Below are positions 17,701-28,202 of a stretch of DNA of 64,000 nucleotides, in pieces. Within the stretch, counting starts at the first letter, position 1. Each line of letters begins with the position of its first letter. Under the pieces are notes generated by a model that was not told the origin of the DNA, searched no databases, and was given only the letters and a program-made list of their open reading frames with translations. Position numbers and translations under genes: made by a program. Source of the stretch: Candidatus Sericytochromatia bacterium. Lineage in GTDB: Bacteria; Cyanobacteriota; Sericytochromatia; S15B-MN24; UBA4093. The stretch is taken from NCBI GenBank assembly GCA_036676985.1, contig JAKFBU010000056.1, positions 96,001 to 160,000 of the forward strand. Reading direction: 5' to 3'.

Positions 17701-20700
17701 CCTGCATGGCGCGGTCCTGGACGTCCTGGCGCCCGAGCTCGGCTGCGAGCGCCGCGAGGGCGCGCCATGCCTCTAGGTCGTCGGGCGCGAGCTGCGTCAG
17801 TTCGCGCCGCCAGTGCAGGGCCTCGCTGCCGGTGGCCTCCTGGATCATGCGCCGCAGGCAGGCTACGAGGCGCTCCTTGGCGGCGGCATGGGCGTCGTGG
17901 CCCCGCAGGAAGCTCACCAGGAGCTCGTAGGCCTCGGCCAGGTGGCCGTCGGCCATCAAGACGTCCGCGAGCTCCAGCGGCAAGGCCTCGTCCGAGGGCA
18001 AGAAGGCCATGGCCCTTGCGAGCCAGCCCGCTGCGGCCGCCAGGTCGCCCTCGCCCCGCGCCATGCGCGCGAGGGCCGTCATGGCCGTGGGGTCCTGGAC
18101 CTCAGCCGCCCACAGGAAGGCCTGCCGCGCGTCGTCCTGCTTCCCCTGCGCCTGCCAGTGGAAGCCCAGGGCTGCGATCGCTTGCCCCGGCACCTCGTTG
18201 GGCCGCAGGCCGATGGAGTAGGCGCGCTCGATCCAGCGCATGGCCTCCGCGGGTTCCGGCCCCCGCATGCGGTCGACGGCGAGCGCCAGGCGCTCGGTTC
18301 GGACGGCCTCGTCCCCCGGCTTGAGGTCGGCGAGCGCCGCGAGCGTCTCCCAGGCGTACTCGGCGTCTGAGGCCGCCCGGGCGATGGCCGCCCCGAGCTC
18401 CGCGGCCTTGAGGTCGCGCGCCCCGTAGCGCGCGAGGTGCTCCCGTGCCGCGGCGACCTCACCCGCCTTCAGGGCCAGGTCGGCCAGGTACCAGTTCGCC
18501 TCCGTGAAGCCCTGCTCGGCCGCCCGGCCCAGGAGCGGGCGCGCCGCCTCGGCCTCGCCCAGGGCATGGTGATGCATGCCGAGCGTCAGGGCGCTCATGC
18601 CGTCCGAGGGGTCTACCCGGACGATCCGCTCCAGGGCCGCCCGCGAGACCGCCTCGTCTCCGAGGGCCAAGGCCTCGCGCATGGCCTCCCGGTGCGCCTC
18701 GACGTCCTCCGGATCGGCCTCCGAGAGCAGGCGCCAGCACTCCAAGGCCTCTTCGCCCGCGCTCGCGCGCGCGATGCCGCGCAGCACCAGGGCTCTCAGG
18801 GCCCGGGCGCGGGGGTGGTCAGGCTGGAAGGTTTGCACGCGCTCGACGGCCGTGCGCGCCGCCCGGACCATGCCGGCCTCGAACTGCGTCTCGGCAAGCT
18901 CCAGCCAGAGAGCCGGGTCGTCGGGGAGCCGCTCCAGGGCCTTGGTGAGCCATGCCGCCGACTGCGGCAGGTCCCCTTCCCGGCGCGAGATCTGCGCGAG
19001 GGCCTTGAGTGCCGCTGGGTCTCCGCCCTGCGCGGCGATGCCGAACGCGTTGCGGGCCTTTTCGAGGTGGCCCTCGGCCTGGTAATAGGCGCCGAGCTCG
19101 CTCGCGAGGCCCATGTGGTGGGGGGCCCGATCCAGGACCGCCTCGAGCACGCTGGCCGCGCGCGGCAGGTCCCCCTGCTGTCGCAGGAGACCGGCGAGCG
19201 TCACCTGCAGGTCCACGTCCTCGGGGTCGAGGGCGACGACCTCCTCCCACCAGGGCAGGACCTCGGAGACCTCGAGCCGCCCGGCGAGGTCGCGCAGGAG
19301 GCGGTAAGCGGTCTGCCGGACGGCGCGATCGCCCGGCGCGCCCTCCAGGAGGGCTTTGAGGTGGCGCCAGGTCTCGGGACCGTCGGCCTGCTCGGCGGAG
19401 AGCTCGGCGAGCGCCATGCGGGCCTGCGGATCCGAGGGTGCATAGCCCAGGACGCGCTCGAACTCGGACCGAGCGCGCGCGCGGTTCCCCATGCGCAGGT
19501 GCAGGCGTCCCGCGAGCACGCCAGCTGCCGGCAGCTCGGCAGCCATGAGGGGGGCGAGCGCCTTGAGGGCAGCGTCGGGCTGCCCGCCCTTGCTCAAGAG
19601 CTCGGCGAGCATCAGGGCGGCACGCTCGCAGGTGGGGTCGATGGCGAGGATCTGCTGGAGGTAGAGCGCCGCCTGGACCTCGTTCTGCTCGTCCAGGTAG
19701 ACCTCGGCGAGGGCGAAGCGCGCCTCGACGTCGCGCGGCTCCAGTTTCAGGAGCTCCTCGAAGATGGGGATGGCCGCGGGCCCGGTCGAGGTCTCGGCCA
19801 GGCGGCGGGCCACCTTGCTCGCCAGATCCCGAACCCGGGGGGTCTCGTACAGCTCCAGGGGCAGGGCCCGGACCTGGTTCCAGGCCTCACGGAAGTTCTT
19901 CTCGACCAGGGCGAGCTCCGCAAGGCCCAACAGCGCCTTGGGGTCGGCCGGGTTGGTGGCTAGGACGCCCTCGAACAAGGCCCTCGCTCGCTCGAGGTCC
20001 TGCTCGCGCAGGGCGATCTGGCCCGCGAGCACGCCCCCCAGGGGGTGCTGGAGCACGCCCGGCGTGTCGAGGTGGCGCATGGCCTCCTCGACCTGCCCCC
20101 CGTCGAAGGCCTGCTGGGCCAGGAAGACCCGCGCCTCGATGTCCGCCGGGTCCGCCTTGAGGACCTCCGCAAAGGCCTTGGCCGCCTCGGTGGGTGCGGT
20201 GGCCCGGCGGGCGGCCGTCTTGGCGAGGGCCTTGAGGGCGTCCGGGTCCTCGGGATCCAGGACGAGCACCTGCTCCCACCAGCCCAGGGCCACGTCGTCG
20301 AACGTGCTCGCCGCGAGGCGCTTGAGGATGGGCAGGGCGACGCCCTTGGCCTCCTTGTGGTCGGGGTTCTGGGCGAGCACCCGCTTCAAGAGCTCCCAGG
20401 CCCCCGCGTCGTCGCCCTTGGCGCTCGCTTGCTGCGCCATGGCCAAAGACGCCGGGAGGTGGTCCTTCTCGAGCGCGAGGATCCGGCCGAAGAGGCGCAG
20501 GGCCTCGTCGTCGTTCCCTTCCCCCGCGGCCGACTTCGCCAGGCCGTGCAGGGCCTCGAGGTTGTTCGGCCTGAGCTCGAGCACGGCCTCGAAGTACTCG
20601 CGGGCCTCCGAGAACAGGCCCTCTTCGAGCTCGTTGTTGCCGAGCCAGAGGGCTGTTTCGATGTCGGTCGAGTGGCGGCGGAACCAGGCCCGGTAGGAGA

Positions 20701-22456
20701 GGACCGCGCCGTTCAGGTCCCCTACGGCGATCTGGGCCGCCGCGAGGCGTTTGCGAGCAGGCGAGTCAGAGTCGAAGGTGACGTGCCGGTTCCACCAGGC
20801 GACGGCCTCGGCGTAGTTGCCTTCCTGCTCATGCTGCTCGGCGATCGCAGCAGACACCTTGGCCTGGGTCGGCTTGAGCTTGGGATGGTTGGGGTCCAGG
20901 CGGCCGAAGCGCTCGCACTCGGACCAGGCCCGCTGGATCTTGTGGGCGCCCAGGGACAGGCCGATGAGGTGCAGGAGGCCCTCGGCGGTCTCTCCTTCGC
21001 GCGCCATGAGGGCCGTGTAGGCCTCGTGCCCTTCGGCGTACATCTCCGCGGCGTCGCAGGCGGCCGCCAGCTCCCGCAGGAGATCCATCTTCTTGTAGCG
21101 ATCGGGCAGGGCGCGCAGGACGCGCACGGCGTCCGCGCCCCGGTGGATCTGGCGGTAGAGGATGGCGGCGGCCCGGGCCGCGGTCTCGTCCTGGGCGTTG
21201 CAGCTCAGCGCCCGCTCCCACCACTTGAGGGCCTCGACCGGATTGTCCCCCAGCTCCTCGGCCTTCATGACGGCCATGTTGCGGGCGAGGGACTTCGCCG
21301 TCTCGCCGTGCTCGGCGTCCTCGAAGAGCCCCTCGAAGAGGGACCACGCCTCCTCCTTCTGACCCTCGAGCACCTTGGCGCGCCCCACCTTCAAGCGCTC
21401 CTCGGCGGGCAGCTCCGCGAGGCTGCGGCCCAGCATCGTCAGGCTCTTGGCCTCGTGGCTGAGCCCCAGGTCGATGGCGACCTCGATGGCCTTCTGGCGG
21501 AGGGCCTCGTCGGGGTGCGTCGAGAGCACCTGCTTGTAGATGGCGAGCGCGTCCTGCTTGCGGCCGATGGCGAGCATGGCGTCGGCGAGACGCAGCACGG
21601 CGGCGGCGTCCTGGGGGTGGCGATCCGAGAAGCCTTCGAGCAGGCGCACCAGATCGCCCATGCGGCTCTGGGTGGTGTAGAGCCGCTCCAGGCGGCTCAG
21701 GGCCTCGGGGTCGTCGGGGGCGATCGCCAAGAGGCGCTCCCACCATTGGCTCGCCCTGGCGGCGTTGTTCGTCAGCTGGGCGTCGGAGGCCTGGCTCCGG
21801 CAGAGGGACAGGAGCGCCTCGCGCAGACCCGGGGCCTGCGGGGCACGACCGGCGACGGACTGGAGGATCTTCCAGGCCTCGTCGCCGCGGCCCATGCGGC
21901 CCTCGATGTCCGCGAGCAGCAGGTACCCCTGGATGGTGTTGGGTTCGAGGGCCAAGGCGTCGCGCAGGGGAATGGCGGCGTCGGCCGTGCGGCCCGCCCG
22001 CACCATGCGCTCGGCGAGGGCGAAGCGGGACTCGGCGTCCTTGGGATCCAGGGCCGCCAGGCGCTCGAGCATGGCGATCTCGCTGGCGACGTCGCCCTGC
22101 TGACGGTGGATCTCGATGAGCGCCCGCAGCGCGGGCTGGAAGGTGGCATCCAGGAAGAGGGCGCGCTGGAAGGTGCCGACCGCCTCGCCGAGGCGACCCT
22201 CGCGCGCGAGCAGGACGCCCAGGAGGTAGGCCCCGGGCAGGGAGTTGGGCTGGTCGTCGAGGAGGGTGCGCGCATGCGTCAGGGCCCCCGTCAGATCGCC
22301 CAGCTGGGCGAGGACTTCGGCGAGGGCGAGGCGCGCCTCGGCATAGCGCGCGTCATGCTCCAGGGCCTGCAGGTAGGCGTCGCGGGCGGACGCGAGATCG
22401 GCCCGATCCCTGTGCGCATGGCCTTCTTGATAGTGGGCGAGAGCCTTGGGGTGCAT
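11762..22456 (-). CDS. Giant tetratricopeptide-repeat protein (3564 aa)
   Basis: Uninterrupted ORF with TPR-like 'A..L..DP.D.EA...LA' units over its whole length; no signal peptide or catalytic motif recognised. Confidence 0.88.
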   Translation of the reverse strand: MHPKALAHYQEGHAHRDRADLASARDAYLQALEHDARYAEARLALAEVLAQLGDLTGALTHARTLLDDQPNSLPGAYLLGVLLAREGRLGEAVGTFQRALFLDATFQPALRALIEIHRQQGDVASEIAMLERLAALDPKDAESRFALAERMVRAGRTADAAIPLRDALALEPNTIQGYLLLADIEGRMGRGDEAWKILQSVAGRAPQAPGLREALLSLCRSQASDAQLTNNAARASQWWERLLAIAPDDPEALSRLERLYTTQSRMGDLVRLLEGFSDRHPQDAAAVLRLADAMLAIGRKQDALAIYKQVLSTHPDEALRQKAIEVAIDLGLSHEAKSLTMLGRSLAELPAEERLKVGRAKVLEGQKEEAWSLFEGLFEDAEHGETAKSLARNMAVMKAEELGDNPVEALKWWERALSCNAQDETAARAAAILYRQIHRGADAVRVLRALPDRYKKMDLLRELAAACDAAEMYAEGHEAYTALMAREGETAEGLLHLIGLSLGAHKIQRAWSECERFGRLDPNHPKLKPTQAKVSAAIAEQHEQEGNYAEAVAWWNRHVTFDSDSPARKRLAAAQIAVGDLNGAVLSYRAWFRRHSTDIETALWLGNNELEEGLFSEAREYFEAVLELRPNNLEALHGLAKSAAGEGNDDEALRLFGRILALEKDHLPASLAMAQQASAKGDDAGAWELLKRVLAQNPDHKEAKGVALPILKRLAASTFDDVALGWWEQVLVLDPEDPDALKALAKTAARRATAPTEAAKAFAEVLKADPADIEARVFLAQQAFDGGQVEEAMRHLDTPGVLQHPLGGVLAGQIALREQDLERARALFEGVLATNPADPKALLGLAELALVEKNFREAWNQVRALPLELYETPRVRDLASKVARRLAETSTGPAAIPIFEELLKLEPRDVEARFALAEVYLDEQNEVQAALYLQQILAIDPTCERAALMLAELLSKGGQPDAALKALAPLMAAELPAAGVLAGRLHLRMGNRARARSEFERVLGYAPSDPQARMALAELSAEQADGPETWRHLKALLEGAPGDRAVRQTAYRLLRDLAGRLEVSEVLPWWEEVVALDPEDVDLQVTLAGLLRQQGDLPRAASVLEAVLDRAPHHMGLASELGAYYQAEGHLEKARNAFGIAAQGGDPAALKALAQISRREGDLPQSAAWLTKALERLPDDPALWLELAETQFEAGMVRAARTAVERVQTFQPDHPRARALRALVLRGIARASAGEEALECWRLLSEADPEDVEAHREAMREALALGDEAVSRAALERIVRVDPSDGMSALTLGMHHHALGEAEAARPLLGRAAEQGFTEANWYLADLALKAGEVAAAREHLARYGARDLKAAELGAAIARAASDAEYAWETLAALADLKPGDEAVRTERLALAVDRMRGPEPAEAMRWIERAYSIGLRPNEVPGQAIAALGFHWQAQGKQDDARQAFLWAAEVQDPTAMTALARMARGEGDLAAAAGWLARAMAFLPSDEALPLELADVLMADGHLAEAYELLVSFLRGHDAHAAAKERLVACLRRMIQEATGSEALHWRRELTQLAPDDLEAWRALAALAAELGRQDVQDRAMQELVVRDPEDVSGAEALGLRWLSAGRGREARALLERAAQAGMARVYLAASEACAQSGDAEAAQHWLSAHLQQSPEAAGSPAVKRVRFAIALAASDPEAAWEALAELEPHLGPADAATLRMVRLSLAWAPLQAGSGEWLDRALALDPTDADLPGAAHTLLGHRALREGRPLDAKAAYATAASMDDAHAMVALACLLREEGSLAEALVWFQRAQRILGANAWFTIEHAEILAETGQLAAAAAMLDDLLEEEPAHARALALLADIVRSLAYEASGAEALAWWQKLAALLPDDDDALRHVVRLANELNRQTEVLQALEQLVESDPTDTASALALGEQRLAEGDYSGARYLLEQAAEAGLKQALLPLVDTCLNLGDHAGARRWIEVIEAQDPDEAAVWGMRRRLAHAEGDTEAEWLALSELTQRMGEPEVFHSAQLELCLAGASGERADDAMPWVARARELAPEDPRVWILQAECLERLARHDEAMAAYRKAFDLGERTAAVCQALLDEAAERNAHAEAFQWAMRLLEADAGHGEAKMRALAHARSQAELAGLTPEGASWWARVVELAPQDVGAMRHLMLALHGAGMGSEAAGWARKLLPLAAGDAEAFAVIAEHAAEQGDVAGAQKALAAILKARPDHALARLVMARLERRLGHLAQAREILNRLVEDQPDALLPRLELADLNLRQGQLEAAERELAAVLETHPGALGSPRARDLARTLALAAEERGRHAEALAWWKHLLKALPDEPEALRAAARLLRHLERPEEALSSLFAMAKQQPEPEDLLAMAELLLANRRHVEAKAILQSLTREFDHLGAWRQLGDLALATGDLAEAVEVAEALLAKEAEGADDFARRVATAQARSLDPAETPAESRQAWLQVLGFAPHDAEARLGVARAEMSLGDLDGAIEHLEALLKEAPDWPDAKAILAECLLRTGEAERAEHLFREVLDEHPAHPVALMALARSAQSRGEFVMAGEYCQRVLAIGDSPEADRARLLAAYCARQLAEAARLRRDFDQAFLYADLLVAYQAPTFDLMRFQAELARDAGRQAIASSRYRRLLIAHPEALDEGIQLSRSYPSPDEARTALEELWATHRPLAAAHALATLESDQGDHEAAIQWWERALVQEPAHPVILRRLADLCRREDRHREACDYYRRLAEATGFEPALLKTWGSTALAGDHFDLAKVPYERLATDHGDLTAALTLANVFARLEDYRSSWDWALKVQEAEENAEAEHLAQEAAYQLAESVADPAEAIAWRERYLAHVPEDVDAWIAQGRALADLERLAEAVEALAHARELSPASTEAGWQLGRVLLRQGDREGAREVFHSVLAEDPKHVDSRFALSEMAWEEGDIQGVWELGQELLKLDNKNPRAMELIGRCARLLAHEATEAGDWESAILYWELLLSFAADEVEALTNLGEAYVKAGRFAEAVGIHRELVRLKEGDPDVKFRHGEIAAMGGFWDEARVCFTELRDADPAHLATHQALAIVALGLDEPPIAAGHYRDALAIAPDDLLSLVGLGRLLMAEGELAEAWEPLKRAATLTEGEAEHAEYVALAKACAERLADMHASKQKWSEAIAFCGEIVQLDPDDMAARRRLADTFYQAGRKAEAIGVLSALLQADPGDREAAFLLGEIHRQSGDLEGARRIYHGILEQEPGHFDARLALAELAWDASELEPAWTHLQEALNARPNDEAALSLFRKLTLAFAERSSAEGDFPAAIQWWQLAWQQDRSDVELLRKMARAQVTVGHLSGAADTYAKILDADPKDLETAHILADIHRQRGDLRSAEGPLLRIVALDPRHVPSLRALMHLGRDRHNPPETLKRAYDLLDVEPQNTEALMMLAWAHEQMMERRAALEACADVIALQPQHAEAHYTMGRLARDLGDLDLAKKALTSAIYHAPKAAYYHAMGTVYLALGQQDEALAAFGQALVLDPDYAEAHADLGLGLMRVSQPDKAKPHLQRAFSLIPPDTERSLALQCALDLIG

Positions 22457-22573
22457 GCCCCTCCCATCACGATCGCGGGCCTAATAATATAGATCGGCCT
22501 CATAACGATACCAACGGCCCCTCCAAATTGTCAAACCCCCGATAGCGGGGTAGAATCTGCGCGGGGGACGTCC

Positions 22574-23473
22574 GTGAACCTCGCAAACCGCATGCTGTAT
22601 ACCACCTTCCAGCAGCTCTCCGCTCTAGCCGGCCGGCTCGGGCGCGATCGCGCCATGGAGCTCGCCGGGCGGTTCGCCGACGCGGTCTGGCGGCTCTACC
22701 GCCGGACGCCCTATCGGGACTTCGTCGCGGGCAACGTCATGGCCGCCTACCCCGACTTCACCGCCGTTGACGCCAACGCGCTCGGGCATGCGCACCTGCG
22801 ATCGCTCCTGAAGAGCATTGCCGAGCTGTTGCGCTTTCCGGCCATGAGCGCCGCGGACGTCGCGAGCCTGGTGGACTGGCAGGGGCGCGAGCACCTCGAG
22901 GCGGCCCTCGCCCGGGGCCAGGGCGCCATCCTCCTCTCGGCGCACTACGGCAACTACGAGCTCATGGGCGCGGCCCTCGCGCAGCGCGCCCCGGTGACGG
23001 TGCTCGTCCAGCCGCCCTCCAAGAGCGCCTTCGAGCGCCTCTTCATCGAGTACCGGAAACTGCACGGCGTCTCCACCCACTCGAACACGGGGCCCGCGTC
23101 CCTGCGGCCCGCCATCCGCGCCCTGCAGCGCAACGAGCTGGTCGCCCTCTTGGCCGACCAGCACGGAGAGGCCCAGGAGGCGATCGTCCAGCTCTTCGGT
23201 CACCCGGTTTCGGTTCCCATGGGGGCCTTCTACCTCGCGAAGAAGACCGGTGCCGCCCTGCTGCCGGCCTTCATCGTCCGCACGGAGCGAGGCCACACCC
23301 TCGAGATCGACCCCGCGCTCAAGGTGACGGGCACCCCGGCGGATGCCCAGGAGTACTGCCGGATCCTCGAGCGGCAGGTCAGGGCCCATCCCGACCACTG
23401 GCTCTGGGTCCACAACCGCTGGGCCCGCGAGTCCGAGCTGCGCCTGCCGCGCTCCGAGGAGGCGCTCTCATGA
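22574..23473 (+). CDS. Lipid A acyltransferase family protein (LpxL/HtrB-like)
   Basis: HYGNYE, LLADQ, PDHWLWVHNRW. Confidence 0.88.
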   Translation: MNLANRMLYTTFQQLSALAGRLGRDRAMELAGRFADAVWRLYRRTPYRDFVAGNVMAAYPDFTAVDANALGHAHLRSLLKSIAELLRFPAMSAADVASLVDWQGREHLEAALARGQGAILLSAHYGNYELMGAALAQRAPVTVLVQPPSKSAFERLFIEYRKLHGVSTHSNTGPASLRPAIRALQRNELVALLADQHGEAQEAIVQLFGHPVSVPMGAFYLAKKTGAALLPAFIVRTERGHTLEIDPALKVTGTPADAQEYCRILERQVRAHPDHWLWVHNRWARESELRLPRSEEALS

Positions 23474-24387
23474 AGCGCCTCGCCCTGGCGGCGCTGGTCG
23501 CCCTGAGCGTCGCCGCCCCGGCGTGGGGGCTCTCCAAGAGCGTGCGCGCGAGCGGCTACGACATCCTGGTGGGCTACCCCACCGGCGTGGCCGTCATCGA
23601 CCCAAACCAGACGGACGACTGGGGGCTCATCCCCATGACCGGGAACGTCGAGGCGGCCGCCCACCTGCGCGAGCGCGACGTGCTGCTCCTGCACGCACCG
23701 AACGTCGGCGAGCTCACGGTCGTCGACATCCAGCCCTTCTCGGCCTCTCGCTACCAGGTGCTCGCGAGCTACCGCTCGCCCGAGCTCTACCGGCGCGGCA
23801 TGCGCTTCGTGCAGTCCGGGACCCGGGTCTACCTGGCCTCGGGCCGCACGGCCGTGGCCATCCTGGACCCCAAGACGCTGCTGGCCAAGCTCGGCACCTA
23901 CACCTTCGACTTCTTGCCCCTCGTCTACGCGACGGGCGCCCAGGCCGTACTGCCGCAGGGCATCTTCATGCTCAAGGACGGGCAGCTGACCTACGAGGAC
24001 CCGCGCCCCAAGGGCGGCATCTCGGCCCCGGTCTACGTGCGGCTGAGCCAGCGCCCGCTCGAGATGCTCGCCGACACCGTGGCCTCCAAGCTCTACCTAT
24101 CGGCGAGCAAGCCCGATGGGACGGGGGTGGTGTTCGTGGTGGACGCCGAAACCCGCCAGGTCGCCCAGGAGATCCCGGTGCCGTGGCCCATCACGTCCAT
24201 GGCCTGGCTGGACAACGGCGAGCTCGCGGTGCTCTCCGGTCCGCGCCGGCGCCTCGCCCTCTACGACACCAAGCTCAACAAGTGGGCCCGCGTCTGGTCG
24301 CCCCAGATTCCCGGCATCCCCAGGCGCCTCCTGCCCGTGGGCAGGCCGCCCGAGGTCGCCCCGCCGCCGCCCGAGGAGGAGCCATGA
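23470..24387 (+). CDS. Exported beta-propeller-like (YncE-like) hypothetical protein
   Basis: Signal peptide MKRLALAALVALSVAAPAWG; repeated 'VAVIDP/VAILDP/VFVVDA' strands; ATGA overlaps with both neighbours. Confidence 0.7.
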   Translation: MKRLALAALVALSVAAPAWGLSKSVRASGYDILVGYPTGVAVIDPNQTDDWGLIPMTGNVEAAAHLRERDVLLLHAPNVGELTVVDIQPFSASRYQVLASYRSPELYRRGMRFVQSGTRVYLASGRTAVAILDPKTLLAKLGTYTFDFLPLVYATGAQAVLPQGIFMLKDGQLTYEDPRPKGGISAPVYVRLSQRPLEMLADTVASKLYLSASKPDGTGVVFVVDAETRQVAQEIPVPWPITSMAWLDNGELAVLSGPRRRLALYDTKLNKWARVWSPQIPGIPRRLLPVGRPPEVAPPPPEEEP

Positions 24388-25511
24388 AGCGCTGGCTGAT
24401 GGCCGTCCTCCTGCTCTCCGGATGCGCGGCCTTCAATCGGGCCGAGCCCGGCGTCATCTCGGGGACCATCCAGGAGTATCCCGAAGGGACGCCCGTCAAG
24501 GGCGCGCTCGTCCGGGTGGCGGGGAGCGATCGCCCGATCGCGGCCGACGCCCTGGGCCGCTTCAAGGTGGGCGACCTGGGTGCCAGCGCCAGCCTCCAAT
24601 TCTGGGCTCCCGGCCACGCCGTCGCCACCCGCCGCTTCAACCTCTTGCCCGGCGAGACCCGGCTGGTGGACATCCCCTTGCCCGAGGAGGGGGAGACGGT
24701 CCCGACCCGGCTCGTGCTCTTCGAGCGCAGCGGTCGCATCTGGGGCGTCGACTCCCTGGGCAGCGACGAGCGGGTGCTCACTCCCGAGCTCGCAGGCACG
24801 CAGGTCTCTCCCACGTGGCTTTCGGGTCACAGCCAGTTCGCCTTCATCCAGCGCATCCCGGGCCGCACCCAGGCCTGGAGCCGCTACCCCGACGGTCGTC
24901 CTGCCCGCTTCATCGCCGAACTGCCCGACTCCGCCGCCGAGCTCCGGTGGCACCCCATCGGCAGCTCCTTCGTCTTCACGAGCACCTACTACTCCCCCGG
25001 CCGCGGCATGGTCACGGCCCTGAGGTCCCTGGACCTCAACACGGGCGTCCAGCAGGAGCTCATGTCCAGCGGTGCGGAGGCCAATCCGGCCTGGTCCCCG
25101 GATGGCAAGCAGCTAGTCTGGGCCCGGCGCATCCCCCCGCGCCCCTGGCAGATCTGGACGGCGGGGCCGCGCGGCGAGCGCGCCAAGGCGTTTCCCGGCC
25201 GGGGTAGCTGCGTCGAGCCCGCCTTCTCCCCTTCGGGCTCGCAGCTGGCCTATGCCTCCAACCAGACGGGCAATTGGAACCTCTACGTGGCGGGGGTGGG
25301 CAACGGCCTCAGCGAGCCCGTCACGAGCGTGCCGGAGGGCGGCTGGTGCCGGCGGCCCATCTGGTCCGAGTCGGGCGACGAGCTCCTCTTCGAGAGCAAC
25401 TACCACCCTGGGCTCAAGCAACTGATGGAGGCGCCGGGCCTCTTTGCCGTCCGTCTCTCCACCCATGCCGTGCGGGCGATCGTCACCGACGCCCGGGCCG
25501 GGACATGGTAG
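24384..25511 (+). CDS. Lipoprotein with carboxypeptidase-regulatory-like domain and TolB-like (PD40) repeats
   Basis: Lipobox LSGC; NPAWSPDGKQL and EPAFSPSGSQLAY repeats. Confidence 0.82.
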   Translation: MKRWLMAVLLLSGCAAFNRAEPGVISGTIQEYPEGTPVKGALVRVAGSDRPIAADALGRFKVGDLGASASLQFWAPGHAVATRRFNLLPGETRLVDIPLPEEGETVPTRLVLFERSGRIWGVDSLGSDERVLTPELAGTQVSPTWLSGHSQFAFIQRIPGRTQAWSRYPDGRPARFIAELPDSAAELRWHPIGSSFVFTSTYYSPGRGMVTALRSLDLNTGVQQELMSSGAEANPAWSPDGKQLVWARRIPPRPWQIWTAGPRGERAKAFPGRGSCVEPAFSPSGSQLAYASNQTGNWNLYVAGVGNGLSEPVTSVPEGGWCRRPIWSESGDELLFESNYHPGLKQLMEAPGLFAVRLSTHAVRAIVTDARAGTW

Positions 25512-25523
25512 GTTATGGCCATG

Positions 25524-25629
25524 TTAAGAATGGCTTAGGAAATAGCGCACCGCAAACCCGCGTCCCGCCTCGATCTTTTAAAAATGTGTAAATTTTCCGT
25601 TTAAACACGACTTAAACTAGCAAGATTAA
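25524..25629. promoter_or_regulatory. AT-rich regulatory region with several TTAA-N7-TTAA boxes
   Basis: TTAAgaatggcTTAG (25524) and TTAAacacgacTTAA (25601), plus further TTAA half sites. Confidence 0.6.
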
Positions 25630-25734
25630 AATGGAGCGAGGCGATAGAGAAAAGGAAGAAACGGTGGCGCGAGAGGCGCCCCGCGGGGACGAGAAAGCCC
25701 CACCCGACAGATTTAACAAGGGAGATGACTAGCG

Positions 25735-26130
25735 ATGAGCGGTAAGATTAACGGCAACGGCGGGCTCGGAGAGATCTTCAAGCGGATTCTCTCGGCCAAC
25801 AACGCCCCGGCCGAAGCGACCCCCGCCAGCGAGCCCGCCAAGGCCCCCAAGGTCCAGGGCGACGTCAACCTGATCGGCAACAACGGTGGTCTGTCGCGCC
25901 TGACGCTCGCCGCCGGCCTCGAGTCGACCCAGAGCGCGTCGGCTTCCGACCTGGTCCGCAACGCCAAGGACCTCAACGACCTCATCAACACCGTCAGCCG
26001 CGGCGAGTTCCCCGGCCTCAAGCTGAGCCCCGTGCAGGCCGCCGGCCTCGCCACCTACCTGCGCGACCAGCTCGAGATCCGCGGCTTCAACGATCAGAGC
26101 TTCAAGCAGATCAAGGATCAGCTCGGCTAG
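25735..26130 (+). CDS. Hypothetical protein (131 aa)
   Basis: RBS AAGGGAG; strong GC3 bias; Ala/Pro-rich N-terminal part. Confidence 0.75.
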   Translation: MSGKINGNGGLGEIFKRILSANNAPAEATPASEPAKAPKVQGDVNLIGNNGGLSRLTLAAGLESTQSASASDLVRNAKDLNDLINTVSRGEFPGLKLSPVQAAGLATYLRDQLEIRGFNDQSFKQIKDQLG

Positions 26131-26133
26131 CCT

Positions 26134-26415
26134 ATGGGCATCGACGGGATCTTCAACGACCGTCCGGCACAGTCCGATCAGCGCCAGCCGATCGGCGATC
26201 CGCGCCAGGATCCCCGCTTCGCTTCCGGACGAGGGCAATCGCCCTCGTCCGATGCCGTGCCTAGGGCCTCTGGCACCTCCCCGGCCGCGCCGCTCGGCGA
26301 CGATCGACTCCAGCTCTCGCCCGAGGCGCCCGACAACCCCTTCCAATCGCTCATCAGTGCCCGACAGCGCCGGCGGCGACGCAAGCGCGACGGCGACCCC
26401 ACCTCCCTCGACTAG
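26134..26415 (+). CDS. Hypothetical disordered protein with DRLQLSPEA motif and basic tail
   Basis: Starts 3 bp after the previous ORF; followed by a terminator hairpin. Confidence 0.55.
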   Translation: MGIDGIFNDRPAQSDQRQPIGDPRQDPRFASGRGQSPSSDAVPRASGTSPAAPLGDDRLQLSPEAPDNPFQSLISARQRRRRRKRDGDPTSLD

Positions 26416-26445
26416 CCCGGCAGCCGCCGGGCTAGTCGTTTGTTT
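26410..26445 (+). terminator. Intrinsic terminator
   Basis: GACTAGCCCGGC-agcc-GCCGGGCTAGTC followed by GTTTGTTT. Confidence 0.65.
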
Positions 26446-26563
26446 GGAGCGCGTTAAAAGATCGCCAAAAGTTCGTTGACGGCCACAAGCCTGGGCCCGG
26501 AGGCGGTATAACCCTTATAGCGAAACGGGCGAGCGATACTCGCCAAACAGGAGGGACGCAACG

Positions 26564-26860
26564 ATGGATGGAATCACCCCGACGACCGCCACGCCGAACA
26601 CGCTGAAGCCCAAGGTCGACTTCAACGTCAACGAGGCCTTCGATCGTTCCGTGGCGCTCCAGAACCAGTACTCCAAGATGGAGAAGGACGCGAACAACGT
26701 CGGTCTCTGGCAGGGCCTCAAGGAGATGGTTCCCATCTACGGCAAGAAGGTCCAGAACGAGCGCCAGGAGAAGGTCGAGATGCTGAAGAACGTGAACCAG
26801 CTCATCGCCCAGATCCGCGAGTCCATGGCCCGCGCCTTCGAGAACATGAACAAGGTCTAA
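26564..26860 (+). CDS. Small helical hypothetical protein (98 aa)
   Basis: RBS AGGAGG; high-expression codon usage; amphipathic C-terminal helix. Confidence 0.8.
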   Translation: MDGITPTTATPNTLKPKVDFNVNEAFDRSVALQNQYSKMEKDANNVGLWQGLKEMVPIYGKKVQNERQEKVEMLKNVNQLIAQIRESMARAFENMNKV

Positions 26861-26932
26861 GCGCTTTACCTGCGACCATCGCCGCGACCATGCCTTCCGG
26901 GGCATGGTCGTCCTTGTGAAGGAGGCCCCGAG

Positions 26933-27973
26933 ATGGGTGGTATCAACAACGTCCAGGCTGGCAACATCCCCATGAACAACTACCAGGCGGCGGCCCTGGA
27001 CGCCCCCGCTCCGGCGACCCCGGGCGCCGCTGCTCCCCAGGGCACGGGCGCCCTCGCCGACGCCAACCAGACCAAGGGAGGCCAGTCGGTCCTCAAGGCG
27101 GCGGCCGTCTCCGAGAACGACGTCTCGGCCTATATCGGGGCTGACCTCACCTTCCAGGACAAGACGCCGCGCAACGGCGGCTCCAGCGTCACGACCGGCG
27201 GCTTCGGCGGTGGCTCGCAGGCCCAGGATCTGGTCTCCGCCTACGCGGCCGCCGATCTCACCAAGGGCCAGCAACAGACCAACTGGGTGGCGGCCGCCAT
27301 CGAGCCCCTCCAGGCCTTCGTCGGCGGCATCGTGCGCGACCTCATCGGTCAAGACAAGACGTTCTCGTCCTGGGGCGACCCACACGAGAAGACCGGCGAC
27401 GGCCTGCAGCTCGACAATCAGCTCACGGGCCGCTTCGTGGCCTTCAAGAGCGACGAGGGCGACCTGGAGCTCCAGAAGGATCAAGGCCCCGACCAGTCGG
27501 GCCGCTGGCCCGGCATGACGCTCAACCATGCCGTCGCCATGAAGGTCGGCCAGAACCGGATCAGCTTCGACCTCGCCCAGCCCGACTCCCTGACGGTGAA
27601 CGGTCAGCGCGTGCCCTGGAAGGACGGCGCGACGACCATGCCGGACGGCACGGTGCTCCAGATCGAAGGCAAGAACCTCTCGGTCTTCTCGACCCGGGGT
27701 GACGTCGTCACCATCAAGCGCGAGGGCTCGGATAGCTACCTGAACATCGAGGGCAAGATCTCGGGCATGCGCCCGCGCGGCAGCGTCCAGGGGTCCCTGG
27801 GCAACTTCGACGGCGACGGCAACGCCAACAACGACCTGGTGGCCCGCGGCGGAGCGGCGGTTCCGGTCGAGGCCGGCAAGGGCCGCAACTCGTGGGAGCA
27901 GATCGTCTACACCCCGCAGATCGACGCCTTCCTCAAGAGCTGGCTACTGAAGCCGGGCGAGTCCCTGTTCTAG
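26933..27973 (+). CDS. VWD-like domain protein with low-complexity N-terminus
   Basis: WGDPH...DG and GSLGNFDGDGNANNDL are VWD hallmarks; RBS AGGAGG. Confidence 0.75.
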   Translation: MGGINNVQAGNIPMNNYQAAALDAPAPATPGAAAPQGTGALADANQTKGGQSVLKAAAVSENDVSAYIGADLTFQDKTPRNGGSSVTTGGFGGGSQAQDLVSAYAAADLTKGQQQTNWVAAAIEPLQAFVGGIVRDLIGQDKTFSSWGDPHEKTGDGLQLDNQLTGRFVAFKSDEGDLELQKDQGPDQSGRWPGMTLNHAVAMKVGQNRISFDLAQPDSLTVNGQRVPWKDGATTMPDGTVLQIEGKNLSVFSTRGDVVTIKREGSDSYLNIEGKISGMRPRGSVQGSLGNFDGDGNANNDLVARGGAAVPVEAGKGRNSWEQIVYTPQIDAFLKSWLLKPGESLF

Positions 27974-28037
27974 ATTTGTCTCGCTCGGCTCGTTTCGCAC
28001 CGACCGAGGGGGGTATGCCTCCGTCGAGGAGGTGCGA

Positions 28038-28142
28038 ATGGGCAAACAACCGATCACCCTGGGCGAGCGCGGCCTGTACATGATTCTGGCCGTGCTTGCG
28101 GCCATGGCGCTCCAGATCAGCCTGTTTCTCTCCCAGCCGTAG
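28038..28142 (+). CDS. Small membrane peptide (34 aa)
   Basis: AGGAGGT RBS then MGKQPITLGERGLYMILAVLAAMALQISLFLSQP; below the track's length cutoff. Confidence 0.55.
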   Translation: MGKQPITLGERGLYMILAVLAAMALQISLFLSQP

Positions 28143-28202
28143 ACTCCCGTCGGCGCATGGGCTACGATCCGGCAACGTTCCAGGTGTGCCAGGAGGTAGC
28201 CC

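Noticed and set aside
14018-17776. 1252-aa plus-strand ORF, and other long ORFs antisense to the TPR gene
   Set aside because: Antisense shadow of a high-GC3 gene; no motifs or RBS.
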